A DNA stretch of 63,991 nucleotides, the filler included, from an uncultured bacterium (GTDB taxonomy: Bacteria; CAZSTA01), in the NCBI GenBank assembly GCA_964609495.1. It is 4 parts of 4 records of this genome, joined end to end, with 100 filler letters (N's around TTAATTAATTAA, not from the genome) between each part and the next. Parts side by side here need not be neighbours in the genome. Positions count along the whole stretch, not along the records: positions 1 to 18,271 come from CAZSTA010000058.1; positions 18,372 to 36,538 come from CAZSTA010000059.1; 2 more parts are not named here. One strand, given 5' to 3'. The notes beneath the pieces were generated by a model. The model did no database searches, was not told the DNA's origin, and saw only the letters and a program-made list of their open reading frames with translations. Position numbers and translations under genes: made by a program. Positions 10,451-20,386 of the stretch are shown here, one piece after another (within the stretch, counting starts at the first letter, position 1; every line of letters starts with the position of its first letter).

Positions 10451-11268
10451 CTCTTACTCTCCCCCAGAAATTTAATTTCTACCCTTAGTTCCAAAAGGGA
10501 TGATATGTCTATACCGACTTCCCTGATTAAATCACTGCTAAAGCGCGCTTCCATCACTCCCTTGAAGACCCTAACAGTCTCGGAGAGATATAACTCTGGC
10601 AGGTGGATTATTACCTCTTTATCCTCATATATCTCTTCCATATCTTCGAAACGAATGCAGAGACGCTCTTCTTCATCTATATATATATCACCCTTATACT
10701 TCCCCTCTATACTCTCAAAAGCTCTGGGAGGTTCCTCAAGCTCCTCTTCTTCACTTAAGGCAGATAATTTCAAAGGTGATGCTCTCTCGGAATCTAGGGA
10801 GGGATGTTGCCGAAGAAAACGTAATCTTACAACATTATCTCGATATCCCGGCTCAAGCTTCTCCCGTAGGCTATCTAGAAAGTCCGGTGGTGCGGCTGAC
10901 ATCTCCTCCAATTTCAGTTCCTCCTGTGAAATCTCTCTTAACCAACGAAGAGAAGCGATTGCCTCCCTACAAGACGAGCATATTCTGAGGTGAGCTTCTA
11001 CCTCCTCCTTCTCCTCTCCAGCGATTTTATCTTCAAGATATGAGATGATCTCCTCATAAGTTAAGCATCTCCAAACTCTTTCCTGATAACCAGCATCCTT
11101 CATATCTATCATCCAATCAGTCAAATCTCGATTAAATGCCAACCAATTCTTTAGTTTATCTCGACAATAAGTGCATCCGCTTATATGTTTCTTCATTTCC
11201 CTCAACTCCTCAGCATTAAGTTTAGCTTCGATATATCTGAGTATGATCTCATCCGTCAAATGTCTCAT
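10447..11268 (-). CDS. Soluble anti-sigma factor with two zf-HC2 (ZAS) domains
   Basis: HISGCTYC and HLRICSSC motifs, each preceded by a HLT/CLT.E.I..Y helix; immediately downstream of the ECF sigma; stop overlaps the next start (ATGA). Confidence 0.8.
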   Translation of the reverse strand: MRHLTDEIILRYIEAKLNAEELREMKKHISGCTYCRDKLKNWLAFNRDLTDWMIDMKDAGYQERVWRCLTYEEIISYLEDKIAGEEKEEVEAHLRICSSCREAIASLRWLREISQEELKLEEMSAAPPDFLDSLREKLEPGYRDNVVRLRFLRQHPSLDSERASPLKLSALSEEEELEEPPRAFESIEGKYKGDIYIDEEERLCIRFEDMEEIYEDKEVIIHLPELYLSETVRVFKGVMEARFSSDLIREVGIDISSLLELRVEIKFLGESKR

Positions 11269-11284
11269 CTTTACATCTCCTCCT

Positions 11285-11325
11285 TTATATAAATAGAATT
11301 GAAATAAGGGAAGAATCTTACATCA
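11285..11325 (-). promoter_or_regulatory. Putative ECF-sigma promoter, copy 2, driving anti-sigma and NLR-like genes
   Basis: TGTAAG (11322-11317, contains the sigma stop codon) - 16 nt - AATTCT - ATTTATATA, then AAGGAGG SD. Confidence 0.6.
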
Positions 11326-12754
11326 AAAAATCTTTTTCATATAAACTTTTTAATTTAGCTAGTGCTCTGGACTTCCTTGTATCATAAGCACTTCTGCTTA
11401 TACCCAACCTTTTTGCAGCCTCAAGAGGAGGTAGATCATTAAAATAACAAAGGACTGCCTCCCGTTCCCCTTCAGGTAAACTCAAAATAGCTTTATACAG
11501 CCAATCGCTGAAATCTATCTCTTCCTCTATCTCTTTGCCTATCTCTTGAATAGCTATACTATCATAAGGCTGATGTTCCTCAAACTCCAAACTTTCGATT
11601 TTGATCTTAGAGATCTCAAGTATTCCCTTTAAAACCTCTATGATAGTGCTATAATACAAAGCTGAGTTGGCGATTGATAAAATATAGTAGATGATCTCCG
11701 CAAATAATAAACTAGATAGATATTCTCTCCTTAATTTATCAATATCATCCTTCTCCATTTTTGCTCTCTGAGATGTTGTCTTAAGTCTTCCTCTAAGTGA
11801 TATTTTATCTCCCTTACATATAAATTGATCATTATTTCTTATTTGGATTAAATCTATACTACCACTGCCTCCTATTAATTTATCTAAGATATACTTCAGT
11901 CTTTGAAAAGATATATCCATGTTTTCCTTTCTTAGGATGTAGCTGATAACATATATAAGGTCCAAACGAGAAAGGAGTCTCTTCTTCAACTCAGCTATAG
12001 AAACACTTGATCCAGAATGCTTTACCTCAGCATCTAATCTCCACTTATTATCATCCTTTACATAAAAAAATCTATTTTCATTCCTCAATACTAAATTGAT
12101 TATATTGCTTTCTACTCCCCCTACAACGAAATGCTTCTGAAGTTTTCGCTTAAGTTCAGCGAAGGATAAAGCTGAACTTCTCAACAGCTTATGGATAATC
12201 TTGGTGATAGTTAGAAGCGAGCTGATCTGGGAGAATCTTTGAATAATACTAGCGAGTGCTTTCGTATCATACTTAGAGCTTCTAAATCTCCACTCAGCTA
12301 ATCCATATATCTTTCCTCTCCCTCCTGAGTAATCCCTTATGCGTTTATCGAGATTAAGGGCGGTCTTACTCTTCCTTATCAACGTGTTTAGGTAGTTATC
12401 TTTTGATATCCCGCTCCTTATAATATCCTCGACAATGCCTCGTATCCAATTTTGAAAACCCAGGTAGTCTCTACTATGAAAACTAGTTAGGTTCCCAAAA
12501 GCTTTTAGACATACATCCTGAATAATATCTTCATCGATGTCTCTTCCTCGCTCTCTTAAAAAACTACTAGCTATTCTATATATTAGATCAGCTAATATCT
12601 CTCCTATCCTCCAATCTTTACCCTCAAGATATATATCTATTAATTGTCTCAGTGATTCTTTAATCTTCCGAAGAATATCAGGGGACAAATTATCTTTTCT
12701 ATTTAGGTAAGTAACAATCAGGTGATTCAAAGTTGGGGAAAGCAAGAATAACAC
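11318..12754 (-). CDS. ECF-type sigma-70 factor with a large internal insertion
   Basis: Region 2 EDIIQDVCLKAF...F.NWIRGI; region 4 LPEGEREAVLCYF..L...EAAKRLGISRSAYDTRKSRALAKLK; adjacent ZAS anti-sigma. Confidence 0.8.
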   Translation of the reverse strand: MLFLLSPTLNHLIVTYLNRKDNLSPDILRKIKESLRQLIDIYLEGKDWRIGEILADLIYRIASSFLRERGRDIDEDIIQDVCLKAFGNLTSFHSRDYLGFQNWIRGIVEDIIRSGISKDNYLNTLIRKSKTALNLDKRIRDYSGGRGKIYGLAEWRFRSSKYDTKALASIIQRFSQISSLLTITKIIHKLLRSSALSFAELKRKLQKHFVVGGVESNIINLVLRNENRFFYVKDDNKWRLDAEVKHSGSSVSIAELKKRLLSRLDLIYVISYILRKENMDISFQRLKYILDKLIGGSGSIDLIQIRNNDQFICKGDKISLRGRLKTTSQRAKMEKDDIDKLRREYLSSLLFAEIIYYILSIANSALYYSTIIEVLKGILEISKIKIESLEFEEHQPYDSIAIQEIGKEIEEEIDFSDWLYKAILSLPEGEREAVLCYFNDLPPLEAAKRLGISRSAYDTRKSRALAKLKSLYEKDFLM

Positions 12755-13127
12755 CCTCCTCCAAAAATACCAGCAAGAGAATTAATAAACCTATTGGCTA
12801 GAATTTTTCGCGAAATGCCCACTTTATGCGGCTTCTTCAATTATTTAAGAGAATAACTTAGACTTACCTAAAAATCAGCTTATATGAATTGTTTTCACTT
12901 TTAAGTGCTAAACTTGAATTAGTAATCCATTAGATAATTTAATTCATGCGTGATGTATGAAGAATATCCAAATTCTAACTCCCCATTTTTAATGCAACAC
13001 TCAATATTTATTCTATTATATTATATCATATATCAGCGCCCAATTGCTCCCTTATTTTTGAATCTTCTTTAGTATATTATAGCATATGTTATGTCTAATA
13101 AAAAATTTTGTAAAATTTTCTCTTTTC

Positions 13128-13167
13128 GATGTAAGATTTCCTCCTTTTTTCAGTTCTTAATATATAG
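13128..13167 (+). promoter_or_regulatory. Putative ECF-sigma promoter, copy 3
   Basis: TGTAAG 13130-13135 - 16 nt - AGTTCT - TAATATATAG. Confidence 0.6.
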
Positions 13168-13229
13168 AAGGGGAAATAGTAGAGGTACTACTAGTACCCA
13201 AAGCCACCTATCCTCTGCATCTTGAGAAG

Positions 13230-13270
13230 GATGTAAGATTTTTGCTCTTTTTCTATTCTATAATATATAG
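13230..13270 (+). promoter_or_regulatory. Putative ECF-sigma promoter, copy 4
   Basis: TGTAAG 13232-13237 - 16 nt - TATTCT - ATAATATATAG; the downstream ~100 nt also resembles the leader of copy 1. Confidence 0.6.
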
Positions 13271-13374
13271 AGGGAGGAAATAAGTTGTGTTTTGGTGCTA
13301 GTGCCAATTCTCTCTTAAAAAGATTAACTCTACTTTGCTCAATATAAGCTAATTTAGATAAAGGAGGAGTCCCA

Positions 13375-16300
13375 ATGAAAACTCAAAAGAATTCAAGATT
13401 TACTAACGGGAGTGCTATGAACAGATTTTATGCAAAATTCATAGTAATCTCATTATTAATCTTGTTATCGATTTGCTTTGGCGCCTTGGAAGTTCAAGCT
13501 CAGGATTTATTACAAAGAATAGCAGACCATGTGAATCTAAATAATCCGCTAAGGATATCCGAAGATTATTACTATAATAATGAAAAATGGGTTGCATATT
13601 TTCACGGCAGTGTTCCAATTGGGCCAGGAGTCTCAGGCGGATTGACAATTACTATTGATTTAACTGACTATCTTCGAATAACTCCTGAAGGTCAGGATGA
13701 TTGGATTACTGTATGGACTGATGCTACCGTAGGAACTGGGGGTTGGAGCTTCGGGTTTGGTGCACAGAAACGTCATTTTGGTGCAAACGCTCCTGACAGT
13801 TTTGAACATCTTTTTGATTGTTCAGCTGGTTATTCAGGACCTGGCTTTAGTGCTAATGTTTTTGAAGTATCTTCATCTGGAGATAGTAAGGTAATAAATG
13901 TTAGTTTCGGACCCGAAATTCAATTTGATTTTGGATCTGGTGCAATTTGCGCGATCCATGGTATCACTTTTGAGATAAGGAGAGAAAGACTTAATAGAAT
14001 ACTATTTAATGCACTAGTTCCTGGAATACCAATGGGAAATTTTGCGTCACTTTTTGGTGAGAATTTGATATATCCTGATCCAGACAATGTATCGATTTTC
14101 GAGTGGCTATTTGGGATTCGATTTACTACGCCTTATGACCGACTCTCTGATGATCCTGAAGCTTTTCTTATAAAGGACATCATTTCCGATAAATTGGTCG
14201 TTGGTGGTGATTGGGGCACAATTAGAGTTCGAGTTAAAGTACTGGAAGGTGATTATTACTACATTAGAGTGTGGGATGATGATGGTGTTAGTGCTCCTGG
14301 ATGGAATTGGGCAAGTGTAGAATCTGGCCCAGTTTGGTTAGAGGTAGGACAAGAATATTATTTTGATTTTTGGGTAAAACCAGACGATCTAGAAGAAGAA
14401 TTTGGCTTCTGGTTGTATCAGAAGGATCTGTCTGTTGGCCCCATACATACTTGGAAAATCTTAGAAAAGATTCTATATACTTTATATGCGTTACCGAGCG
14501 ATTTTGATATCGACCCACCTGAAGTATCAAGTCATAATTATGGTACCAATCCCGAGACTAATATTTTTGTTGTTTTCAACGAAGAACTGGCAACGAAAAC
14601 ATTTACTAATTCTACGATCCTTGTTTCTGGATCATTATCGGGAATCCATATATGCTCTTTTGATTACGAACCCTCTACAAATACGATGATAATTGATCCA
14701 GAGACAAATTTCCTCGATGGCGAAACTGTCACGGTTACAATAACTAAATATATCCAAGATTTGGTCGGAAATGGTCTCGCAAGCCAGTATGAATTTAGTT
14801 TCACCATTGAGTCTGCCCCTCAACTACATTCACCACAAATATTACCATCATCTGCAGGTGATACAGATACCCACTTTAATTTTTCAATTGTTTACACAGA
14901 TTTAGATAACAATTCTCCTGATTACGTTAAAGTTGTGATTGATAGCGTAGCATATCCACTTACTTCGGCGGATACCGACTACAAAGATGGAGCAAAGTTT
15001 TCTACGCCGAGTGGCCTCATCTTTGGGAAAGGTGAACATCAATATTACTTCCGCGCTCAACAGGGTACCCATATACTTCAAGTCCCCGAAGGGACTGAAC
15101 AACTCAGTTTTTCTGTTGTCTCATCCGCTTCCTCCATTTCTCTTTCGTTAAACCCGACGAGCGTCCCAGAAGATGGAATAACTACGACGACAGCTACTGC
15201 AACAGTAACAAACAGCTTTGGCAACCCTGTTGAAGGTGAGACAGTGACCTTTAGCTCGAATGGTTTTCCGGGGACATTTAGTCAAACCCAAAAAGTAACC
15301 GGTCCCGATGGGAAGGCTTCAGTTACATTCTTGCCAGCGTCATCAGGCTCTGCTACTATCTCTGCGACAATAGCAGGCGATTTATCTGACGATACATTAG
15401 AGGTAACTGGTGGAGAATGGTCAATGTCGCCGATCAGATTTAGATACCCGCCAATAGGAAAGGGCAGTTACTATGTCTATAGAGTAAAGGTGAAACTCGA
15501 ATACGCCAATGGTGATCCAGTGCAAATGGAGAATGTTGATTTAACCTCATCAGGAGGTTACTTTTCGCTTCCCGACGCTTCAAATCATTCCGGATCTTCA
15601 TCAATTTCCGTCTATACGAACAACAATGGCATCTGGGGACAAGCTGAAGCGGATCTATGGATTCCTAATGGTGATACCTACTTTATCTCTGCTGTGAGTT
15701 CAGGTGCTTCAAGGAGCACCCGTGTCTACCTCAGCGATGGATCTGAGCAACCTGGGAGTTTTAAACCTTTCAAAACACTTAATTTTTATAATGGTATATG
15801 TGATGTAGATTGGTCAAATGATGGCAGTAAAGTCGCCGCTTTACGTGGAGGTGGTAATCCGGGTTGGGTTCGAATATGGGATACAAACGATTGGACCGAA
15901 ATAGCAACTAACACAGGAGACGATCTGTATTATGGCGGCTACTCTCTTGATTTCGATGATAGCAGTTCTTTCCTGATAGTTGCGTATGGTGGCGGTGATG
16001 TAGCTCGGATAACATCAAATGGGATCAGAGTGTGGGGTCTCGATGTTGGTGAAGCCATTTATGATGTTGATATTTCACCTAATGGAGGGAGCTTTGTTTC
16101 TGGCAGCAGTGATTGTTATTGTCGCATTCACTCAACCTTCAATGGAAACCCTATATACACATTTCCACAACTTGATAAAAAGTCATATGCTGTGGACTAC
16201 TCTCCACACGGTTATGTCGCTATAGGTTCAAACGGTGGCACAGTGAGAGTCTATAGAACTTCAAATTATTCCCTTGTTGGTGAAGACAACTTCGATCAAT

Positions 16301-18271
16301 CTGTATATGCCTTGGATTGGTCACCAGATGGCCAAAGATTAGCCATCGGTCTTAAAGATCATCTCGTAATAATTGCCAATCCTTTTAACTTTGATGATAC
16401 TCAGTTGCCGTACCTCGGGCATACGGGATACATACGTGATGTGAAGTGGTCTCCCGATGGTTCTATGATTGCAAGCGCTGCTGATGTGGATGGTATTCAT
16501 ATTTGGGATTCGTCTTCCGGGCAACCAATAACCCAATCAGATAAAAGAGATGTTAAAGCTGTGGCATGGGATCCAACTGGCAATATGTTAGCTGCTGTTG
16601 ATCCAAACTATGTTCTCATATACGCACCTTTTGATAGTGTACCGCCAATAATTTCTAATCCCTCTTGTAATCCCTCTCCCTGCGAAATCGGCGATCTATT
16701 GAGAATCAACGTTTGTGTGATTGATGATATTTTTGGTGTTCCCGGTACAGTGTCTTCTGTCGAAGCTCATATTAAGGGTCCAGGGCAAGCTCCCTCCGGA
16801 TACACAGCACAGTCATATTCTGAATACACAATACAATTATATGATGATGGTAAACACGGTGACCAGAATGCTAATGATTCGATATTCGGCGAATATTGGG
16901 ATACCTCATCTGCCCCTGAAGGCACTTATTCGATAGATTTCTATGCCGAGGATGCCAATTCAAATTTCGTTCTTTTTGAAAATATATTATCGTGTCCAGT
17001 TTTCGATTACCCTCAAATAAGTGACATTAGCCACTCTCCAACAAATCCGTCGAACACAGACTCAGTAACAGTTGAAGCCAGCATATCAGATCAATCTGGT
17101 ATCGCCTCAGCAACACTTCTATTTTCTACTGACGGCGGTTCGACTTGGAATCCTATTATTATGACAAACACAAGCGCAAGTGGGGATATTCTGCTGGCAA
17201 GTGGGAGCATTTGGCAGGGTGTTATTCCTCCTCAATCGGTCTCGGAGGTCCGGTACAAGATAGAGGCTATCGATCTATTAAATCATTCGAAGACCTCAGA
17301 GGAAAATACTTATTCAGTTAATATTACATCACCGATCCCTCCCTCCAACCTGAGCGCCACAGCGGTCTCTCAGACACAGATCAATTTGGCTTGGCAGGAT
17401 AACTCATCTGACGAGTCTGATTTCCACATCGAGCGTTCGCTGAATGGGACCTCAGACTGGGAGGAGATTGCCACCGTACCAGCCAACAGTACTAGTTATA
17501 GTGACACCAGGTTGAGTTGCAACACTACTTATCACTATCGTGTGTGCGCCCACCGGCACAGCGACGGACAGTTCTCCTCCCCCTCTAACGTCGCCAATGC
17601 CACCACAGCATCTTGCGATGTCTTGACTGCGCCCTTCTTCGACGATATGGAAAGTGGGGCTAATGGGTGGTCAGCAACTGGGTTCTGGCATCAAGTAACA
17701 CAGGGAGTCAGCCCTTATCCTGAAGCTCACAGCTCGACTCACAGTTGGTGGTATGGACAGGATGCCACAGGTAATTACGACAACGGCTCCACGAATTCTG
17801 GAGACCTGACCTCACCACCCATCTCCATCCCTGGCCCAGGTTGCGTACTACAGTTTTGGTACTGGTATAAAACGGAAGATACTTGGGATCCAAAGTGGGT
17901 GCAGATTTCATCCGATGGTGGGCCATTCATCAATGTAGTTCATATATCCGGAGAGCCAACACAGAGTTGGGTCCAAAGCCAGCCTATCGACCTCTCTGCC
18001 TATGCTGGCAGTACCATACAAGTCCGCTTCCACTTCAATACAATTGACAATCTCCAAAATGCCTTTCGTGGTTGGTACATTGATGATTTCTCTATCACCG
18101 CGCCTTCGCACTACACTTGGTATTTTGGGCAGGGATATGGAGGGAGTGGCTGGCAAACTTATGTGATGATGGTTAATCCTAGTGCTTCTTCGATAAACTA
18201 CGACGCTTACTTCTACAAGGAGGGAGGAGGAACAGTAACTGACTCTGGAATTATCAATCCCCATGCTCGAA
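13375..18271 (+). CDS. Large secreted/surface multidomain protein (Ig-like, WD40, FN3, jelly-roll, DUF5719-like C-terminal module); truncated by contig end
   Basis: Signal peptide ending VQAQ; Big_5-like I.V.FNE...I.DL.GN.L; Big_1-like ATVTN.FGNPV.GE.VTF; WD40 GHTG.IRDVKWSPDG; LYDDGKHGD.NAND motif; FN3 PSNLSATAVS..QINLAWQDNS; FFDDMESG...GWYIDD; WYFGQG module. The terminal LIN is a linker artefact. Confidence 0.8.
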
Positions 18272-18371
18272 NNNNNNNNNNNNNNNNNNNNNNNNNNNNN
18301 NNNNNNNNNNNNNNNTTAATTAATTAANNNNNNNNNNNNNNNNNNNNNNNNNNNNNNNNNNNNNNNNNNNN
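18272..18371. other. Artificial contig linker
   Basis: 44 N + TTAATTAATTAA (stops in all frames) + 44 N. Confidence 0.97.
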
Positions 18372-18395
18372 AAAGGGCTTTAGTTCAATCTCAGT

Positions 18396-18428
18396 GTTCC
18401 CTCTCCCCTCGTGGGAGAGGGGGGAAAC
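18396..18428. repeat. REP-like palindrome (CCCTCTCCC-loop-GGGAGAGGG family)
   Basis: GTTCCCTCTCCCctcgtGGGAGAGGG; near-identical unit at ~24148-24175. Confidence 0.55.
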
Positions 18429-18474
18429 CAAACCCATCAAGAGAGAGGTTCTTATTCCTAAATAAGCTTGCTCT

Positions 18475-19071
18475 TCAAAGACTTTCCAACCAGTGATGTT
18501 CTGGATGGCAGATTTCTATGGCCTTTTTGAGCCACAATCTTCGTTCCTCGCCAAGCAGATCAACAGCCCTGTAAAAATCATCCTCATTTCTCTTAATGCT
18601 GGGGGCTTTCGCCTTGTATAGAAGGGCGATCTCAGGAGCTATAAAAGGGATACCATCCTCTGAGCGCATACCTATCCTTTCGATCGGTCGAGTGATCTCC
18701 ATATTCCTTCTGAACCTCCAGAGTTCCCCGCTGGACTCGTTTAGAAGGATCTCAAGGGGATCGCGATCGCTACCTATTCTTTGGGCCTCAATTTGATGTA
18801 TGGGTAATTCCAACCATTCATCCTCAGCCCATAATTCCCTTGGATATATTTGACCCTTCTTGGGAATAACCTTTCTAAGTTCCCATCCAATTAAATGTGA
18901 TCTAATAGCTCTTTGATCCTTCCTAAATATCGCTATTTCAATGTCTTGGTGTTCCCTTGTCGGATGCCCAATAAACAAGTCGATCGCCCATCCACCAGCG
19001 ATAAACCAAGGCTTTTTAAATCCAGTCATCAGTTTCTTGATCTTTAAAACTTCTTCAAAATTTTCCGTCAC
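18475..19071 (-). CDS. Nucleotidyltransferase, aminoglycoside-2''-adenylyltransferase-like family
   Basis: PWFIAGGWAIDLF.G..TREH.DIEI and GIPFIAPEIALLYKAK motifs. Confidence 0.75.
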   Translation of the reverse strand: MTENFEEVLKIKKLMTGFKKPWFIAGGWAIDLFIGHPTREHQDIEIAIFRKDQRAIRSHLIGWELRKVIPKKGQIYPRELWAEDEWLELPIHQIEAQRIGSDRDPLEILLNESSGELWRFRRNMEITRPIERIGMRSEDGIPFIAPEIALLYKAKAPSIKRNEDDFYRAVDLLGEERRLWLKKAIEICHPEHHWLESL

Positions 19072-19122
19072 TTTAATTCCACTAATCTAAGATAACGATT
19101 AATATCGAATTAATCCTTCTCA

Positions 19123-20184
19123 TCATGTCAAGTCCATCCTCGATAGCTTAGCCCTATTCAGAAGTTCCCCACCTATATGATTTATGAAGGCTTGGTTTAT
19201 ATCCTTACTCATAGCCTCTATCTTGCCCCAAAGCTTATGAGGTATCAGACATATATAGGGTTCATAGATAGTTTCCTGCAACTCGAATTCATTGGGAGGC
19301 CATATAGTATCCTCCCACCCGAAGAAATATGTCCTAACCTTACCCTCCCCTGCTAACTTCACAAACTCAAGCTTTTCTCCCTGCTCATCAGGAAACGCCA
19401 ATATTAAACTTCTTCCACCGCTGATATTACTGGGAACATTTGGATGAGATGCGATACGAACGGCAACAGCTATCAACTCTCCAGCGAAGCTAAGCGTCCG
19501 AAAGTCGAAGTTCCTTTGCTGAAAAGTTGCCCTTAGATACTCTTGCACTAGATAAGGGAAGCTCTCGATCTCGAGCTCTTCGAACTGTCCAAGAGAGTTC
19601 AGATAATAAAAGCCCTCTCTGCGCCAACCATAGCAGGGCCTGATAATACACTCACCATATTTCTCTAAGAACCGCTTCACCCATTCTTTGAGAGTGCGAT
19701 ACTCACCTACCCTAACTGTATTAGGCAACCGAAAGAGGGTCTTCTTTAACTTCCTCGCTCTCTCAGAAAGCAAGCGATATTGAACATACTTATCCAAGAG
19801 ATCAGCCAAACGAGGGAAATTATCCTTTAAGAGGCTATCCTCTAACAATCCTCTCCCTACTTTATAGAGCAATCTTAAGGGAGGGATTTGATTGGCATAG
19901 ATGTAGAATGAACATCTCCACTTCTGACGAATTAAATCCTCTAATTTCCTTATAAGCAATCTATTATTATCTATCCATCTTTTCCCCCGTTCTCCAAAAG
20001 TCCTGATTATCTCATCCTTCCACAATCCTGTTCCTTCTATAATGTCAGTCATAATTCCGGGAACACCAATGTTGACCTCGAGCAGATATATCTCATCCTC
20101 CTTGATAATAAAATCGATCCCTAAATACATCTCTTTCACCTCCTCTAATACAACTTCGATAAGATTAATTGCTCTTATCACCAC
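19123..20184 (-). CDS. Circularly permuted RimK-like ATP-grasp protein
   Basis: GIDFI....YLLEVN..PG at the N-terminus; DK...LPNT, IIRP..G..REG, YLVQEYL, DFR, SNISGG follow. Confidence 0.65.
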   Translation of the reverse strand: MVIRAINLIEVVLEEVKEMYLGIDFIIKEDEIYLLEVNIGVPGIMTDIIEGTGLWKDEIIRTFGERGKRWIDNNRLLIRKLEDLIRQKWRCSFYIYANQIPPLRLLYKVGRGLLEDSLLKDNFPRLADLLDKYVQYRLLSERARKLKKTLFRLPNTVRVGEYRTLKEWVKRFLEKYGECIIRPCYGWRREGFYYLNSLGQFEELEIESFPYLVQEYLRATFQQRNFDFRTLSFAGELIAVAVRIASHPNVPSNISGGRSLILAFPDEQGEKLEFVKLAGEGKVRTYFFGWEDTIWPPNEFELQETIYEPYICLIPHKLWGKIEAMSKDINQAFINHIGGELLNRAKLSRMDLT

Positions 20185-20386
20185 TTGTATAAATACACCT
20201 AAACTCGGCTATCACCTCTACAAAAGATAACTCTCGGAGATTCTCCGCATCACCTCCAGATTTCCTCAAAGCTGTTACAAGAGAGGCTTTGCTGCCCCCA
20301 TATTCTCCAGCTTCTCGAAGAAATACGCTCACTAGATATAATATAATTAGCGGTCGGATCCATGAACCCGACCGCAGAGCTTCACT

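Noticed and set aside
9282-10993. Plus-strand Ser/Leu-rich ORFs (180 and 198 aa) opposite the kinase and anti-sigma genes
   Set aside because: Antisense shadows of GAG/AGA-rich coding sequence
18272-18371. TTAATTAATTAA palindrome in N runs (also 36539-36638 and 54791-54890), and ORFs ending ...LIN
   Set aside because: Artificial contig spacer; it also means nrdJ/rRNA and other cross-linker adjacencies are not biological
18475-19071. Calling this an aminoglycoside-resistance gene
   Set aside because: Family-level motif only; such nucleotidyltransferases are widespread with unknown substrates
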